NCBI RefSeq assembly: GCF_041956535.1 | Contig: NW_027192198.1 | Span: forward strand, 566,714-630,713 | Source: Calcarisporiella thermophila CBS 279.70 | Taxonomy: Eukaryota; Fungi; Calcarisporiellomycota | Reading direction: 5' to 3' | DNA: 64,000 bases | Part shown: positions 62,509 to 64,000 of the stretch, piece after piece | Position numbering within the stretch: the first letter of the stretch is position 1 | How the letters are laid out: each line of letters begins with the position of its first letter | Notes under the pieces: generated by a model | Databases searched by the model: none | The model's input: the letters and a program-made list of their open reading frames with translations, nothing else | Told to the model about the DNA's origin: nothing | Translations under genes and position numbers: made by a program

Positions 62509-64000
62509 ATGGCGTTGAAACCTTGGTTAGTAGCTACATTGATCGTATCGGTGATAAGGCTAGGGGACGCAGCATTCAGTAAGTGGCATTAGATATGAAA
62601 TAGGAACATTATTATCCCTAATCTCTCATCTGCTCTTCCAATTCTCTGTAGTTCCATTGCACGGTAACGAGCATTTTACTGCCCAGAAATTGAACCCACG
62701 CTCAGACAATGGCCATCAACAAAGCCAAGAGATCTCACCCAACGATGTAATTCGCCCCTCCAACCACCGTGTTCATAATTCAATTGGCCCACGCGATGGT
62801 GGATTACTTAACGGTTTGCTCGGAGGCTTGTTAAATGGGAATGACAATAGCCCACAATCAAATCAGTACAGCCTCAAGTCAGGAGAAAACGGTGGGAGAC
62901 GTAATGGAGGTTTGCTAAACAACCTTCTGGACGGAGTGCTTGGCGAGATCTTGGGAAGTGATCAGGGCGAAACCTATTCATACAACAAACCCTCACGTCA
63001 TCGCCATAAACACAAGAATAAATCGAAGAAAAAGAAACACCATTCCTCGTCTCACAAGCATAAGAAGCATCACAAAAAGAAGCATGCACACAAGAAGAGA
63101 GATGTCCATTTAAAGAAGCGCGGTGTTGAGGATGGTGATACCTTTGGTGTAATCGAGGACGATTTTAATGAAATGGCTGACGAACTCGAGAAGGTATGTT
63201 TAATATTTTGTGATGAAAAACTATAGGAAAATTCGTTAAAATGGTTATCACATCCGTAGACTATGTATGAATCTTTCGGATTTTCGGTCTCAGATGAAGA
63301 CGACGATGAGGACGACGATGAAGACGACGGTGAGGACGGCGATGACGATGCCGAAGATGACAACACCGATGACGAAGATGATGAAGATAACCAAGAAGAG
63401 GATGAATGTGATGAAGATGAAGATGACGAAGATGACGAGGGTGAAGGTGACGAGGATGAAGGTGACGAGGACGAAGGAGATGAAGGTGACGAGGACGAAG
63501 GAGATGAAGGTGACGAAGAAGATGAGGATGACGAAGGTGATGAGGAGGATGAAGGTGATGAGGAGGATGAGGAGAATGAGGGCGATGAAGGTGATGTGGA
63601 GGATGAGAGTAACGAGGGTGATGAGGCCGACAGTGGAGAAGAAGGCGATGAGGAGGGCGATGAATTAGGTGGTGAGGAAGGTGGTGACGAGGAGGGCGGT
63701 GAAGGCGATGAGGAAAACGACGAGGAAGGAGGCGAGGGAGGCGACGAGGAGGGCGGCGAGGAAGAAGGTGATGAGGGCGGCGAGGAAGGCAGCGAAGACG
63801 GTGATGAAATTGGCGGCGAGGAAGGTGGCGAGGAAGGTGGCGAGGAAGGTGGCGAGGAAGACGGCGAGGAAGGTGGTGAGCTAGGCGGTGAGGAAGGTGG
63901 AGAGGAAGGTGGAGAGGAGGGAAATGAAGAAGGCGACGAGCTAGGCGTGGAGGAGGGTGACGAAGGAAGCGGTGAAGAAGGTGGTGAGATAGGCGGCGAG
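62509..64000 (+). CDS. Secreted low-complexity protein with GGLL repeats, His/Lys-rich block and very long Asp/Glu/Gly-rich region; runs off the window
   Basis: Exons 62509-62578, 62652-63193, 63260->64000 join in phase. Signal peptide MALKPWLVATLIVSVIRLGDA, dibasic sites, and a third exon open for 247 codons of mostly D/E/G. Confidence 0.85.
63293..64000 (+). repeat. Coding low-complexity repeat: GAY/GAR codons grading into 12-nt (GGEE) and DEG/DEGDE tandem units
   Basis: e.g. ggcgaggaaggt x4 at ~63815-63860 and gacgaggacgaaggagatgaaggt x2 at ~63464-63511. Confidence 0.9.

Noticed and set aside
63267-63884. Met/Lys/Arg/Thr-rich ORFs (133 aa and 71 aa)
   Set aside because: Shifted-frame readings of GAY/GAR repeats; splice phase at 63260 selects the Asp/Glu/Gly frame.
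1-64000. CRISPR arrays, rRNA/tRNA genes, intact transposons, U12-type or GC-AG introns, recoded stop codons
   Set aside because: None seen. All introns I traced were GT-AG and all genes read with the standard code. tRNAscan and RepeatModeler could not be run.

Overview
Gene-dense eukaryotic DNA from a fungus, most likely an early-diverging, Mucoromycota-like lineage. This rests on short 50-180 nt GT-AG introns, AT-rich spacers, a DHTKD1-type E1 and a CPSF4 with a zinc knuckle; it is inference, not a database assignment. I can reconstruct about 26 protein-coding genes. Most are housekeeping: CPSF4/YTH1, bHLH TF, GH18 chitinase, clathrin heavy chain, Cla4-type PAK, forkhead TF, a very large Rim15-type kinase, POLE4/Dpb3, synaptobrevin, MFS transporter, COQ5, DHTKD1, GCN20, mS38, IF1-like, AIM19, VDAC, alkaline phosphatase, ATG14, riboflavin kinase, STIMATE-like and VPS35. 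Several small multi-exon genes are missing or fragmented in the ORF track and were assembled by hand from splice sites. I found no rRNA, tRNA, CRISPR or intact transposon. The most unusual observations are: (1) a secreted, probably Kex2-processed block-polyampholyte protein at the right edge, with amphipathic GGLL peptides, a His/Lys block and more than 230 residues of almost pure Asp/Glu/Gly; (2) a 6-nt micro-exon supplying the conserved (M)TYD active-site motif of the chitinase, skippable in frame; (3) a synaptobrevin whose start codon is split by an intron; (4) an IF1-like ATPase inhibitor with no mitochondrial presequence; (5) a ~2,790-aa Rim15 with an intact phospho-acceptor receiver domain; (6) a 4-exon orphan gene.
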